Shown here one piece after another: positions 17,900 to 26,916 of a DNA stretch of 64,000 nucleotides (position 1 is its first letter; every line of letters starts with the position of its first letter). The notes beneath the pieces were generated by a model. The model was not told where the DNA came from and searched no databases. It saw only the letters and a program-made list of their open reading frames with translations. Source of the DNA: a virus (taxonomy: Duplodnaviria; Caudoviricetes); IMG/VR virus record IMGVR_UViG_3300025012_000029, positions 1 through 64,000 of that record. One strand, 5' to 3'. Both the position numbers and the translations under genes were made by a program.

Positions 17900-18895
17900 T
17901 CATCCTATTAGTTGTAGATTTTTATTTGGCCAATTTACAGAAAAACCATATTTCTCATCGAATTCAAGACGAGAAACGTACGGCCTGTTAAATAAAACAG
18001 TATCATTTTCTCTCGGACTCCAACATTTAATTTTAATATCTTTTGATGAAGCTCCATCGGTTACAAATAATTCCCAGTACATTCGATTTGTTTTAGTCAT
18101 TTTTTTGTCAATTCGCCTAGGAACAAACCAAACCAATGGACGTTCTGGATTAAATTCAGAAATAGGAGGAATGTTCTTGGCTTCTAATTTAGTCATCACC
18201 TTCTCATCGATAAATAATGAGATTGGAAACATGCTGGTAAGTTCAGCCATAATTAAAACTTTTTCTTCGTCTGTGAAATCTGGTTCATTCTTATATTGTT
18301 CTATCTTCGCATACATTTCTAGTCTGGATTTAGGTCTGTCAAAGACAGTGCTCATCCAAAAATGGCGAAGATGATTGAAGTTGTTGTTCATTAATTTGTT
18401 ACAGGCTCCACTACGAATCAGAACGTCCAAACATTTTTTGTTCAATTTTTGATATTTGACTTTAGGATTGAATAACAAATCTTCAACTGTTTTGAAAGGA
18501 CGATTTTCAATTATCTGTTCTGTTGCCTTAGAACCAAAACCCTTAATTGATGTCAATGGCTGGATGAGCGTTTTACCAGTTTTGGCCGGAAGCCATTCTG
18601 TTCCAGAAGTATTTACATCTACATCGGCAATCTTATATCCTATATTCTTAACCATACTCATAGCAGCGGCTCTTGTTTTTTCTGGTTCTTCGTTGAGATA
18701 AGAACATAACCACTCAGAGGGATGATAAGTTAAAAGATGGGCACATTGGAAAGAAATGATGCTGTAAGAGATAGCATGACTATTCGAAACAGAAATGTCG
18801 TTGGCAAAAAACGAATGTTCTTCGTGTTCTACTTCAATGTCATAAGTCTCATCTTCTCCAACAGGTATTACTTCAATAATGTCTTCTTCTCGCAT
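17900..18895 (-). CDS. dnaE: DNA polymerase III alpha, fragment 3 (split-intein C half plus HhH/OB region)
   Basis: 38-aa IntC ending ...FFANDISVSN, then extein SHAISYS and HhH LTSIKGFG. Confidence 0.92.
   Translation of the reverse strand: MREEDIIEVIPVGEDETYDIEVEHEEHSFFANDISVSNSHAISYSIISFQCAHLLTYHPSEWLCSYLNEEPEKTRAAAMSMVKNIGYKIADVDVNTSGTEWLPAKTGKTLIQPLTSIKGFGSKATEQIIENRPFKTVEDLLFNPKVKYQKLNKKCLDVLIRSGACNKLMNNNFNHLRHFWMSTVFDRPKSRLEMYAKIEQYKNEPDFTDEEKVLIMAELTSMFPISLFIDEKVMTKLEAKNIPPISEFNPERPLVWFVPRRIDKKMTKTNRMYWELFVTDGASSKDIKIKCWSPRENDTVLFNRPYVSRLEFDEKYGFSVNWPNKNLQLIG
18782..18895 (-). mobile_element. Split intein C half (DnaE junction 2)
   Basis: TYDIEV...SFFAN..VSN|S: blocks F and G, penultimate Ser, terminal Asn, +1 Ser. 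Confidence 0.9.
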
Positions 18896-19860
18896 AAATG
18901 TTCTTTTACTTTCTCAATGACTTTCTCAATGTCTCTTTCTATTTCAGAAACCCAAATACGTAAATAACTCCAACCATTTTTCAATAAAAATACATTTTTA
19001 TTTTTATCATTTACAGCATTCCTTTTCTGGCAGGGGAACTTTAGAGAAAAACCTTCCTCTTTGTTAGAATGCCAGAAATCTCCATCAACCTCAACAGCAA
19101 TCTTCCATTCTGGAAAGGTAATGTCTATTGTATAAAAACCAAATAAAAACTGACTAACTATTTCTTCTTCTGGAAAATGTTGTTGTAATAAAGAAAACAA
19201 CAATAGTTCTGGTTTAGAAGTTTTACATCTATTATTTGCTATGTGTTCGGCAGTTTTTCTACGCAACAAGTTTTTTGTTTCTTCTGTGTGGTTGTGTCCT
19301 TTGTGCGGTTTTCCTGTTTTACACCACTGTGAGTTTATTTCTTTTATTTCTTTTGCCTTTTCTTCTCCATAAAGTTCAACAAGAGTTTTTCCACGACATC
19401 GCAAAGCATTTTTTTCCCATGCTCCACTTTTTTCAACATTATCTAACCACTTCTTTTTCTTCTCTGGATCATTTAGAACTTTATGAATGGGGTTATTTTT
19501 TCCTATTCTTCCGTCTGCTATTCGTTTCATAGACTCGCTAGTATTTTTTGTAAGTCCCTTGTTCCAAATGGCAGGGAAACATTTATTTGAACAAAACTTT
19601 TTATCACACCTAGTTTTTACTTTTATTCCAACTATTTCAAATAGGATGGCGTTTATCAGTCTCCTAGAATCTATTTTCATCTCCTTACCACAAGTAACAC
19701 AATTAGTATTCAAGTTATTTATAAATACTTTTTTTCTATTTTCCACTTCATCAATAAGTTCTTGATGTTTGGCATAGTCATAAACATGTCTTTTGAAAAC
19801 AGACGCAGAATATTCATTACTACAAATAGGACACAAAACTTTTGTTCTACATTTGGGCAT
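18868..19860 (-). CDS. Free-standing Vsr/DUF559-like homing endonuclease with a NUMOD3-like motif
   Basis: HKGHNHTEETK, TSKPE, YTIDITF...AVEVDGDFWH. Lies between the split-intein halves. Confidence 0.82.
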   Translation of the reverse strand: MPKCRTKVLCPICSNEYSASVFKRHVYDYAKHQELIDEVENRKKVFINNLNTNCVTCGKEMKIDSRRLINAILFEIVGIKVKTRCDKKFCSNKCFPAIWNKGLTKNTSESMKRIADGRIGKNNPIHKVLNDPEKKKKWLDNVEKSGAWEKNALRCRGKTLVELYGEEKAKEIKEINSQWCKTGKPHKGHNHTEETKNLLRRKTAEHIANNRCKTSKPELLLFSLLQQHFPEEEIVSQFLFGFYTIDITFPEWKIAVEVDGDFWHSNKEEGFSLKFPCQKRNAVNDKNKNVFLLKNGWSYLRIWVSEIERDIEKVIEKVKEHLCEKKTLLK

Positions 19861-19892
19861 ACAATAAATAGTTCTGTGTGATAGAATAAAAC

Positions 19893-20159
19893 CTAGTTTT
19901 TTACCACAACTTTCAACTTTCTGCTTATTATCTCTTCCAAAGTTTTCATTCCTTCACAAGTTTGTAGTTTGTGATCAAGCGTGCAAGTCAAGGTTTTCCC
20001 AGAAGCAGTTTTTATTTTGTAAAGTTTTTTCTTGCCATTTTGGTAGACGCTCTTTATTTTCACAAAACCATTTACACTATTGACTTCTTCTCCAATTTTT
20101 ACATCTTTTATTTCTTTTTTACCCTCTCTGGTTTCTACTAAACTGCTTCCGTGAATACA
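19893..20159 (-). mobile_element. Split intein N half (DnaE junction 2)
   Basis: 88 aa starting at Cys1 (CIHGSSLVET), with block B TCTLDH. Confidence 0.92.
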
Positions 20160-21440
20160 CTTGTTAAACGCGTAGCCGTTAAATGCCACCATATCTTGCC
20201 ACCATTTTTCGGCGTCATCCTTTGTCATCCCTTTTTCTGCACATCCATCAATAAATTTATTATGCAATCTATTTTTTACTTCTGCTTCTTTACCAGTTCC
20301 TTTTTTTGTCAACACTTTTCTCAACAAATTGGCATCATTTAGAGAAATATCTTTTCCAAGACTGTGCACCAAAGATGCTAACTGTTCTTGGAAAATAAGC
20401 AATCCGTAAGTTTTCTTTAAACATTTTTCCAAAATATCATTTTCAAACACTATTTTTTCAGGAAATTCCTTAAGAGAAAGATATCTTTTATCGACTTGCG
20501 CGCTCAAACAACCAGGTCTCCACACACTGGTTAAAACAGACAAATCGATCAAGCTCCTAGGTTTTGCCTGCTTTGTAAAATGCTGCATGCCTTTTGATGC
20601 GTCAAATTGAAAAATTCCTGCCCATTTTCCCTTATGAAAGACATTTTCATATACTTTTTGATCGTCAAAATCGATAACATTCGGGTGAAGCTTTGTATTA
20701 TAGAATTCTTTGATGTCAACGAAAGTAGGATTATCTTTTCCTTCTTTTTTCAAAATGAGTTTGATACAGTTTTCAAACATCCTTAAGGTTCCGAGTCCTA
20801 AAATATCAAATTTAATAAAACCCATTGGCTCTAAGTGTCTTACGTTTTGTCCTTCCGACCAAGGAGACTGTCTCACTCCTCCACTATAAATAAGAGGCAT
20901 ATGAGAAGGAAGATCTTCGCCTACAAGCAAACCTCCAGCATGTCTGCCACATGATCTAACTTGTCTGAAAAGATTCGCAACATGCTCTTCTATTTGTGGG
21001 TATTTTCCTAGAAATTTCCTAAATGACTCACTATATTTTAACACTTGCTCAAATGTTGGAGAAGTTGGAAGTACGCCAGATTTAATCCCCAACTCTTTTT
21101 TAATTTCTGGAACTGATTCCAAAAACATTATTGTTGTAATATCGTTAACTTCCTTGTATGGAATACCATAAAACTTTGAAATATCTTTAATGAGAGATTT
21201 CAATTGTAATGTATTCCAATTGGAAATGGAAACAACATTATCTTCTCCCCACATTTCAACAATGGTTCTCTTTACTTCATCGTTGTTGCCAACGTCAAAG
21301 TCAATATCTGGCATATCAGCAGATTTATCATTTCTAACATAGAAAGAAATGTTTTTATTTCTTACGATAGTTTGGGTTTGCGTAGGGATTGTTTGAATGA
21401 CAAACTTTCCTTCAATAGTTTCAACTTTTTTTATTAGCAT
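19893..21440 (-). CDS. dnaE: DNA polymerase III alpha, fragment 2 (palm/fingers) flanked by a degenerate IntC and a canonical IntN
   Basis: MPDIDFD, GRHAGG, KFDILGL, GIFQF, YGLLIFQEQ, YAFNK|CIHGSS. Confidence 0.94.
   Translation of the reverse strand: MLIKKVETIEGKFVIQTIPTQTQTIVRNKNISFYVRNDKSADMPDIDFDVGNNDEVKRTIVEMWGEDNVVSISNWNTLQLKSLIKDISKFYGIPYKEVNDITTIMFLESVPEIKKELGIKSGVLPTSPTFEQVLKYSESFRKFLGKYPQIEEHVANLFRQVRSCGRHAGGLLVGEDLPSHMPLIYSGGVRQSPWSEGQNVRHLEPMGFIKFDILGLGTLRMFENCIKLILKKEGKDNPTFVDIKEFYNTKLHPNVIDFDDQKVYENVFHKGKWAGIFQFDASKGMQHFTKQAKPRSLIDLSVLTSVWRPGCLSAQVDKRYLSLKEFPEKIVFENDILEKCLKKTYGLLIFQEQLASLVHSLGKDISLNDANLLRKVLTKKGTGKEAEVKNRLHNKFIDGCAEKGMTKDDAEKWWQDMVAFNGYAFNKCIHGSSLVETREGKKEIKDVKIGEEVNSVNGFVKIKSVYQNGKKKLYKIKTASGKTLTCTLDHKLQTCEGMKTLEEIISRKLKVVVKN
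21330..21440 (-). mobile_element. Degenerate IntC-like segment (DnaE junction 1)
   Basis: 37 aa ending ...TIPT...IVRNKN..FYVRN, followed by Asp rather than Cys/Ser/Thr. Confidence 0.6.
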
Positions 21441-22368
21441 TCTCTTCTCTTATTTTTGTTGTTCTATTTTTTACAGATGAAAATGTCCTGTAAGGAAAAA
21501 GCGTCTCTTGTATTTGTCTTACGGACATTTTACCATAATAAGTTCTCAATAGCAAGTCTTCTTCTTTTTCCCATTTTACTTCAAAATGCTTTTTCAGTCC
21601 TAATAAGTGTATTCTTTTTTCTATTCCTTCGTAAGTTCTGTAAGGTAAAAAAGTTTCCATTATTTTTCTACAAGACATTTTACTATGATTTTGTTTTAGA
21701 ATGTCTAGTTCTTCTGGAGTCCATTCCAAATAAGTTCCATAATCTTGTCTTATGGTTTTTACTTTATCCCATTTTCTATTCAGTTTTGGAACTTCTATTT
21801 TATTCAAGTGTTCTAATAACAAAAATGCTTTTCTTTTATTACAATAAAAAGTATAAACTGATTTTGTTTTTCTTAGATGTCCTATTTTTTCATTTAGTAT
21901 TTCTTCAAACCTTTTTATTATCCACTCAAGAAAAACTTTTGTTCCAACAATAGACAAATCAATGGAGTTTGTTTTTTTGTTAGAATAAAGACATCCATCA
22001 CCATCTATGTATCCCACAATAAAGGCATCAATAAAATCTCTATTTGTTATTGGCGGGAAAGCACAAAGAAATGTTTTGTTCGGAATAATGTTGTACTTCT
22101 GTTCAAGATCAAAACATACTTCTTTTGAAGAAAATGAAACAGACGAATAAAGGTACCCATCTTTATTCTCAAATATCCTAACAGGACAAGATAGTTCCAC
22201 AAACTTGGCAAATGATTCTAAGTGAGAATGGTCTTTTCGAGATAGACTCATAGAGAAACCACCCTTTCCAGAAACAGACCCATCAGCAGTAATAAAACCA
22301 GCCCAATAACAAGATACAATGTCAACTTCCGAAAAACAGTTTTCGTTCACAAAATACTTTTTTACCAT
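21421..22368 (-). CDS. Free-standing LAGLIDADG homing endonuclease with C-terminal Myb/SANT-like repeats
   Basis: YWAGFITADG and FIVGYIDGDG motifs, plus two W..EE..LL...RT...I..R repeats. Confidence 0.88.
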   Translation of the reverse strand: MVKKYFVNENCFSEVDIVSCYWAGFITADGSVSGKGGFSMSLSRKDHSHLESFAKFVELSCPVRIFENKDGYLYSSVSFSSKEVCFDLEQKYNIIPNKTFLCAFPPITNRDFIDAFIVGYIDGDGCLYSNKKTNSIDLSIVGTKVFLEWIIKRFEEILNEKIGHLRKTKSVYTFYCNKRKAFLLLEHLNKIEVPKLNRKWDKVKTIRQDYGTYLEWTPEELDILKQNHSKMSCRKIMETFLPYRTYEGIEKRIHLLGLKKHFEVKWEKEEDLLLRTYYGKMSVRQIQETLFPYRTFSSVKNRTTKIREENANKKS

Positions 22369-22375
22369 AACATAA

Positions 22376-23974
22376 CTAGTCTTTGTCTGGAGAAACTATT
22401 TCATCGTTTTCTAAAACGTTTGACGCTTTTTCCCACTGTTTTGTTCCATTTCTGCGTATTTTACATTGCGTATTGGGAGTTAGTAAAATCACTTTGCCAT
22501 CAGTGGTTTCTATTTTTATCATTTTACTTATTTTCGAAAAACTATTTGATTCTCCTAACGAATATCCTACATCATCTTCGGCATCGGAACGAAGGAATCT
22601 CTCAAACATCAAACCCCATTTTATTGGATTGACTTGGGTGATTCCAAGAACATAACTGACAAGGGAACCGGCGCCCGAACCTCTCCCACAGCCGGTAATC
22701 TGTAATGAATTTGCTTTATCAGCGATGGACTTCATTGTCAAAAAGTATCTGCTGAATCCTCTTCCTTGAATGACTTTGAGTTCTGTTTGAAGTTTCTTCT
22801 CGTATTCAGGTCTCTCTGTTGGGGACAAAGATAGTTTTTTTAGTCCCTCTTCTGCCATTTGTGTTAGAGCACTGTCATCAGTCATTCCATCAGGAACAAC
22901 AAAAGAAGGAAGACGAATAGTATTATCAGGCATAAAATCTTCAATCATGTTAAAAGCGATATGGTGTGCATTTGTAATAGATTTTAGGATCAAGTCAGAG
23001 TCATATTTTATACCATTCATAGAAGAATATTTTTCATATGCCTCCATCATTTGATCGCCATTCTTGGGATAAAGTTCATATCCAACTTCATCGATCGAAT
23101 CGGGCAAACTCTTTTGTTCTTTTTTGTTGAATCCTGGACGGAGGTTCTTATATAAGATTCTGTCTTTCCAAAGTTCAGGACGCGGATAATGACTATCTGC
23201 TGTTGATATTAATGGTAAATCATATTCTTTGGATAGTTGAATGATGTATTGATTGATATCGTGTTGTGCTGGAATATTATTCCATTGTAGTTCTCCAAAC
23301 CATCTGTCATTAAAGATCTTTTGCATTCGTTCTGTGGTATTGCGCATCGCATTAAGAATGATATCAGAGCCTTTTTCTAGATTTTCCCAATAATCTTGGG
23401 CATAAACTCCACCAAGGCAAGCACTGCTAGCAATTACTCCTTCATTATGTTTCTGTAAAAGTTCGTAATCAATTCGTGGAAACTTATAGAAACATGAAGG
23501 TTTAAAACTTTCAGAAATAAGACTGAAAATATTATTTAGCCCTATTTGGTTTTGGGCAAGAAGAATCAAATGTGCGCGAGCATTAAGAGGATTTTTCTTT
23601 TTCTTCGATGCTTCTTCGTCTTCAACAACTGTACCACCTTGTTCATCTTCTTCTTTTACTTTATCTTTGTTTTGTTTTTCTAGAGCTTTTGCTGATTTAA
23701 GCTCGCGCCAGTCTGCAAGAGATGGAATGAAGTATGCTTCAACTCCATATATAGGCTTAAAATTCTTGCCATCTGCTTTTAGTTTCTTAGAGTACAGGAT
23801 CTGATAAGCCGTGCCGTTCATATTCCCATGATCACTTAATGCCAGAGAATTCATTCCGTTATCTATTGCATAATCAATTGATTCGTTTGGATATCCAATA
23901 GCATCGAATGGACTTCCACATGTGGAATGAGCGTGAAGTCCGACAAAAGGAATTTTACTTTCTTTTTTTGACAT
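22376..23974 (-). CDS. dnaE: DNA polymerase III alpha, fragment 1 (PHP domain to FERFL) with a degenerate IntN-like tail
   Basis: LHAHS, SDHG, GVEAY, HLILLA, TADSHY, GRGSGAGSLV.Y.LGIT, FERFL. Confidence 0.94.
   Translation of the reverse strand: MSKKESKIPFVGLHAHSTCGSPFDAIGYPNESIDYAIDNGMNSLALSDHGNMNGTAYQILYSKKLKADGKNFKPIYGVEAYFIPSLADWRELKSAKALEKQNKDKVKEEDEQGGTVVEDEEASKKKKNPLNARAHLILLAQNQIGLNNIFSLISESFKPSCFYKFPRIDYELLQKHNEGVIASSACLGGVYAQDYWENLEKGSDIILNAMRNTTERMQKIFNDRWFGELQWNNIPAQHDINQYIIQLSKEYDLPLISTADSHYPRPELWKDRILYKNLRPGFNKKEQKSLPDSIDEVGYELYPKNGDQMMEAYEKYSSMNGIKYDSDLILKSITNAHHIAFNMIEDFMPDNTIRLPSFVVPDGMTDDSALTQMAEEGLKKLSLSPTERPEYEKKLQTELKVIQGRGFSRYFLTMKSIADKANSLQITGCGRGSGAGSLVSYVLGITQVNPIKWGLMFERFLRSDAEDDVGYSLGESNSFSKISKMIKIETTDGKVILLTPNTQCKIRRNGTKQWEKASNVLENDEIVSPDKD
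22379..22588 (-). mobile_element. Degenerate IntN-like segment (DnaE junction 1)
   Basis: 70 aa after FERFLR containing MIKIETTDGKVILLTPNT...WEKASNVLENDEIV. Block B-like, with His replaced by Thr and block A truncated. Confidence 0.6.
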
Positions 23975-24224
23975 TAATGTTCTTTGCTTTCTTATCTCCC
24001 TCTAAGATAGAGGGCTCAATTGTTTGAAGAGTCTTCGAATTGGAGAAACCAGGTATGGAGTAAATTTGTGAATCCCAGAAATAATCACAGCTAAATTGTT
24101 TTAATACTAAACAATAGGGCGGATCGACAAAAAATGATTGAAGTCTTCCGGGTTTCGCTATATGTCTATAGCATATATCTTTTTTGGGACAATTATTGCC
24201 AGGGCACATGGTAATATCAGGCAC
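23955..24224 (-). CDS. Small Cys-rich phage protein
   Basis: DITMC....CP....CYR pattern. Confidence 0.6.
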   Translation of the reverse strand: MPDITMCPGNNCPKKDICYRHIAKPGRLQSFFVDPPYCLVLKQFSCDYFWDSQIYSIPGFSNSKTLQTIEPSILEGDKKAKNINVKKRK

Positions 24225-24261
24225 AAGACAACACTACATTAAGAACGGACAATTGTCAAAA

Positions 24262-24519
24262 TTAAACGTCCATTTCTTTGCTAAAATATCGCTCCAGTGT
24301 TCGTAAGCGCTGTATACATACAAACGTACTATAAGCAGACACCAATCCAATCGATAATGATAAAAATCCCAAGGAAATATCAATAATTGGCATCATTGTC
24401 CACGGAACCAACCTAGATTTTTCTATAATTGAACCCACCTCATATCCACACAGCCACAATACAATTGAAGATGTTAGTAAATTATCGATAAATATAAATA
24501 AATTTTTCATCTGCTTCAC
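24262..24519 (-). CDS. Small membrane protein
   Basis: Two hydrophobic segments. Confidence 0.5.
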   Translation of the reverse strand: MKQMKNLFIFIDNLLTSSIVLWLCGYEVGSIIEKSRLVPWTMMPIIDISLGFLSLSIGLVSAYSTFVCIQRLRTLERYFSKEMDV

Positions 24520-24764
24520 GATTTCAAATATAAATTCAAATGTCTGACTGCGTTTTGTAAGGCTGCTCTTTCGTAATATTTGTCATAATCCTCACGTAAT
24601 TTCTCCAAAATTTCAATACAATCTTGAATTGTTCTAAAATTTGTTTCTTCTGTGTATTCGAGCCATTCACGAGTGAGCTTATCGTGAGTAGTGTATTCTG
24701 CTTGCCTTCGCGCTCTATATCGCTTTCGATCTCCCAGCAATATACTATTCGATTGTTTCGTCAT
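24516..24764 (-). CDS. Hypothetical protein
   Basis: 82-aa ORF. Confidence 0.5.
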   Translation of the reverse strand: MTKQSNSILLGDRKRYRARRQAEYTTHDKLTREWLEYTEETNFRTIQDCIEILEKLREDYDKYYERAALQNAVRHLNLYLKS

Positions 24765-25698
24765 TGCCGTAGGCTCCTATTCCGTTCCAATAACTTTCCG
24801 GTCTCAGTCTCAATAAAGCTGTCTTTGGACGATGCATTTTATGTCTGTCCTCTGAACCTAAATATTCGCACAATCCATTCCAAGATGAAATATTGTGATA
24901 CCATGGAACGCTCATACAATAACTTTCGTCCATATTGAGTTTACTAAAAATATCACCAACGGTTAAAAATCTCCCTGAATATCTTTCTTCAAATGGTAAA
25001 TTTTTTAGTTTGATAGCATGAGTCGACTTTGGATCTATACCGTCTTCAAGTGGCGCTCGAATTCCTGTTGCTTGCTGTCTGAATTCTTTTCTAAGAATTT
25101 TAATATCTTCTTCTCCAAGAGAGCAGGAAAGAAATTCTCCGTCGCGAATTGTTTTTCCATTAAACGAAACAAAAAAACGTTTCTCGTATGCTACTTTATG
25201 CCTGTATTTTACAAGATACTGTGATGGAAAAACCCCATATGGAAACGCAATATAATATTTGGCAGGCACCATCCATTTACTCAATCGAACGCTTATATTT
25301 CTAGCAATTTTGGCGCCATATAATATACTCCAAACTAAAGAATCTCTTTTATCTTTGTCTTTGGGATGGGCAGGAACATAGTAAATGGGAACATATTTTC
25401 TTCCTTCAACCTTATACTTTTTAATTCTCAACGATCGACCATAAAAATATGGATCCAAAACATATTCGCCAATTCTATGTTTTAGTAGAGGTTGAATATT
25501 GGCTGGACAGATTATCCATATAGTTTTACATCCAGCAGTAGCGCATTCTAAAACTGCCCGTTCGACTGCTAAAAAATCCTGGGCAATTGGCTGCATGGAA
25601 TCATGCCAGGGAAATTCAAAATCCAATGGAATTCCAGCAATGGGAATAATGCCAGGAATATGGATAGAATTTATGAGCTTACTTATTGGTCTTTTCAT
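24745..25698 (-). CDS. Divergent nucleotidyltransferase (GT-A fold)-like protein
   Basis: N-terminal GIIPIAG and a P...QPI pattern resembling sugar-phosphate NTP transferases. The GxGTR loop is not intact. Confidence 0.45.
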   Translation of the reverse strand: MKRPISKLINSIHIPGIIPIAGIPLDFEFPWHDSMQPIAQDFLAVERAVLECATAGCKTIWIICPANIQPLLKHRIGEYVLDPYFYGRSLRIKKYKVEGRKYVPIYYVPAHPKDKDKRDSLVWSILYGAKIARNISVRLSKWMVPAKYYIAFPYGVFPSQYLVKYRHKVAYEKRFFVSFNGKTIRDGEFLSCSLGEEDIKILRKEFRQQATGIRAPLEDGIDPKSTHAIKLKNLPFEERYSGRFLTVGDIFSKLNMDESYCMSVPWYHNISSWNGLCEYLGSEDRHKMHRPKTALLRLRPESYWNGIGAYGNDETIE

Positions 25699-26590
25699 CT
25701 AAGAATTTTCTATGAAGTTTTGAAACACTTGTTTCTTTTACATCTAGCTCTTTAATTAAATTCTCTTCTTTATCATATCTTATTTCAACATTCCCTGCAA
25801 CAAGAAAATTGCCTTCACGTATTTCTATAAATTCTCTCTTCATGTGTTCGAGTTTAATGGCATAATATTTAAAACGGGTTGGACACAAGGTGTCCCTTCC
25901 ATTTCTTGTTCCACGAATCCCGGATGCCCTCATGAGATTTTTTGTTTGGAATGTAATGCCGGTATCTGAAAAATCAAACTGCTGTAATTGTTCTGCTGAA
26001 ATTGTGGAAACAGACACAATATCTCTAAAACTTCCATTCAAAAATCTTCCAGAACTGTAGAAATAAATTATTTGTTGAACAAATTGATCCACTGATTCAA
26101 TGATGTCAAGTTGGTGGTTCATTCCAGAATGTACATTAATCCAATCAAATACTTTAAATTGTTTAGTCGATTGAGATTGTATTCCCAATATTTCTTCTTC
26201 ACCAAAGACAACGAGTTTATCAAATGAAAATACACTCAATGTTGCGTTGGGAGTTATTGTTTTAATAATATTATCCTCTACCGTAATAGAGGCAGGACGA
26301 ACAGGCATTAAATTCTTTGAAGAAATTGTCAAAAGAAAATGTAGCTTGTGCCAAAGGATTGGCTTACTCATCCCCAGTTTAATAATACCGTTGAGCGATC
26401 TTAGGCTGTTTACTTTATTCCTAGTAAGGAATTTAGATAGATCGAGATTTACGTCAAAATATTCAAAACGATGAGGAATTACGGTTTTAGAGCAAATAAA
26501 CGGATATCCATTACAGTAAGCATATATCAATGCCGGAAGTGAAGATCCAAGAACAATTACGTCTTCATGAATTGGAGTAATCGGCATCAA
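25679..26590 (-). CDS. Hypothetical protein with a Rossmann-like N-terminus
   Basis: DVIVLGSSLPAL resembles a degenerate dinucleotide-binding beta-alpha start. Confidence 0.45.
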   Translation of the reverse strand: MMPITPIHEDVIVLGSSLPALIYAYCNGYPFICSKTVIPHRFEYFDVNLDLSKFLTRNKVNSLRSLNGIIKLGMSKPILWHKLHFLLTISSKNLMPVRPASITVEDNIIKTITPNATLSVFSFDKLVVFGEEEILGIQSQSTKQFKVFDWINVHSGMNHQLDIIESVDQFVQQIIYFYSSGRFLNGSFRDIVSVSTISAEQLQQFDFSDTGITFQTKNLMRASGIRGTRNGRDTLCPTRFKYYAIKLEHMKREFIEIREGNFLVAGNVEIRYDKEENLIKELDVKETSVSKLHRKFLDEKTNK

Positions 26591-26916
26591 ATCTTAACAT
26601 ACTTCATGGTTTTTGTATTAACAACTGTGAGAGAAGTTGGTTGATCGACAACCGGCTCATAAAAAGAAATACAATCAAACTTTTCCAATTGAACTGTAAA
26701 ATTCTCTTCTAAGCGTGAAAGATAACTTTGAACCACTTCTGGTTTATTTTCAAGACCGCGAACATTTATTTTCCAATATAGAATATAATTTATATCTGTA
26801 CCTGTTTGCGCTTGTGGATTGTCTTTTATGTGTTCCAAAAGTTCCTTGGCTAATTCCTCTTGAGAAGGATACCCTTCAGGAATATTTTCTTCTGTTAATT
26901 TTTCATCAAATGTCAT
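26587..26916 (-). CDS. Hypothetical protein
   Basis: 109-aa ORF. Confidence 0.55.
   Translation of the reverse strand: MTFDEKLTEENIPEGYPSQEELAKELLEHIKDNPQAQTGTDINYILYWKINVRGLENKPEVVQSYLSRLEENFTVQLEKFDCISFYEPVVDQPTSLTVVNTKTMKYVKI

Noticed and set aside
21330-22588. Group I intron as the explanation for DnaE junction 1
   Set aside because: Disfavoured but not excluded. There is only a 7-nt gap and a 20-nt overlap around the endonuclease ORF, and both flanks are open, Hint-like coding sequence. I could not identify P/Q/R/S core elements.
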